DNA from: Gammaproteobacteria bacterium
GTDB lineage: Bacteria > Pseudomonadota > Gammaproteobacteria > JBCCGL01
Direction: 5' to 3'
Length of the DNA stretch: 64,000 nucleotides
Assembly (NCBI GenBank): GCA_965277715.1
Contig: OZ255836.1
Coordinates: 3,552,001-3,616,000, forward strand
Both the position numbers and the translations under genes were made by a program. The notes beneath the pieces were generated by a model. That model had not been told where the DNA came from. It worked only from the letters and a program-made list of their open reading frames with translations, and made no database searches. Positions 63,259 through 64,000 of the stretch are shown here, in pieces (position 1 is the stretch's first letter; the number at the start of each line of letters is the position of its first letter).

Positions 63259-63840
63259 ATGCAAAAGACCTATCTCAGTGCACAGGGATTACTTGAAGAC
63301 TCATTTCGCCTCGGCGCGCAGGTTTACAAAAGTGGTTTTCGCCCCAGCGTAATTATTGCCATCTGGCGGGGTGGCACACCTATTGGTATTGCAGTGCAGG
63401 AGCTATTTGCCTATATGGGCACTGAAACTGATCATATAGCCATTCGCACGTCATCGTATGGCAGTGGAATCGATGAGCGCTCTACATCGATCCGTATCCA
63501 CGGGATGAATTATCTGTTTAAAAATATCAACTACGATGATCGCCTGTTAATCGTCGATGATGTATTCGATACCGGGCACACTATCAACGCCGTGATCGCC
63601 TATATGCACGAGAAAGCACGCTTAAACACACCAAAAGATATTCGTGTGGCGGTGCCGTATTACAAGCCCGATCGCAATGAGACTGATCGTGTGCCCGATT
63701 ACTACCTGCATGAAACCAGCGAGTGGTTGAAATTTCCGCATTCGCTGGAAGGCTTGAGCGAAGCGGAAATTGTTGAACACCGCCCTGAAATACACGCTAT
63801 CGTAAGCGTTGGTTACCGCAGTGCAGGGAACACTGATTGA
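63259..63840 (+). CDS. Purine (hypoxanthine/xanthine-type) phosphoribosyltransferase family protein
   Basis: IAIWRGG, PRPP loop LLIVDDVFDTGHT, YKP. Confidence 0.8.
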   Translation: MQKTYLSAQGLLEDSFRLGAQVYKSGFRPSVIIAIWRGGTPIGIAVQELFAYMGTETDHIAIRTSSYGSGIDERSTSIRIHGMNYLFKNINYDDRLLIVDDVFDTGHTINAVIAYMHEKARLNTPKDIRVAVPYYKPDRNETDRVPDYYLHETSEWLKFPHSLEGLSEAEIVEHRPEIHAIVSVGYRSAGNTD

Positions 63841-64000
63841 AAAACCTGTCACCCCACGCGAAAGGTGTCATTGTTACCGGCCTTGGCGTATTAGTTGTAT
63901 CCCCTGATGGTCTGCTTGCGCGGCTAATTCAGACCGATTTATGGACGATGATTTTCTGGCGGGCGCTGTTTCTGGGTATTGGTCTGGCGGTTGTTGTTGC
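63837..64000 (+). CDS. DMT/EamA-family transporter, 5' part (runs off window)
   Basis: TTG start overlapping the upstream stop; KG.IVTGLGVLVVSPDGLLARLI...WTMIFWR. Confidence 0.6.
   Translation, partial: MKNLSPHAKGVIVTGLGVLVVSPDGLLARLIQTDLWTMIFWRALFLGIGLAVVV

Noticed and set aside
1-64000. CRISPR arrays, tRNA/rRNA genes, prophage, retron or DGR
   Set aside because: No regularly spaced repeats, cloverleafs, phage genes or RT ORF were seen by eye; the many short ORFs nested in or antisense to core genes were treated as shadows.

Overview
Gammaproteobacterial chromosome segment, probably from a sulfur-oxidising organism (soeABC; inference). Core genes flank an AT-rich, IS-riddled surface-polysaccharide island at about 14.2-45.7 kb. 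Left flank: end of the alpha ribosomal operon, uvrA/ssb with an SOS box, metK, an SAH riboswitch, ahcY and miaB-ybeZ-ybeY-corC-lnt. Island: wecA, rfaH with an ops site, an EPS-type MarR regulator, wzx/wzy, glycosyl- and methyltransferases, asnB, fnlABC-wbuBC and rmlBDAC. Right flank: soeABC, a purine permease, trhP, rhlB-trxA-rho, MscS, purD, a Crp-family regulator and a PRTase. Four observations stand out. (1) An ORF-less RmInt1-like group II intron sits inside the terminal inverted repeat of an ISL3 element, with candidate EBS loops complementary to that terminus, forming a four-level nest ISL3 > intron > IS5 > IS66. (2) Two tandem GGA-hairpin RNAs resembling CsrA/RsmA-sequestering sRNAs, showing covariation, lie between the crp-like gene and purD. 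(3) A complete promoter/operator/hairpin/ops control module heads the island. (4) A 63-bp direct repeat brackets the purine permease. All calls come from reading the sequence; no database searches were run.
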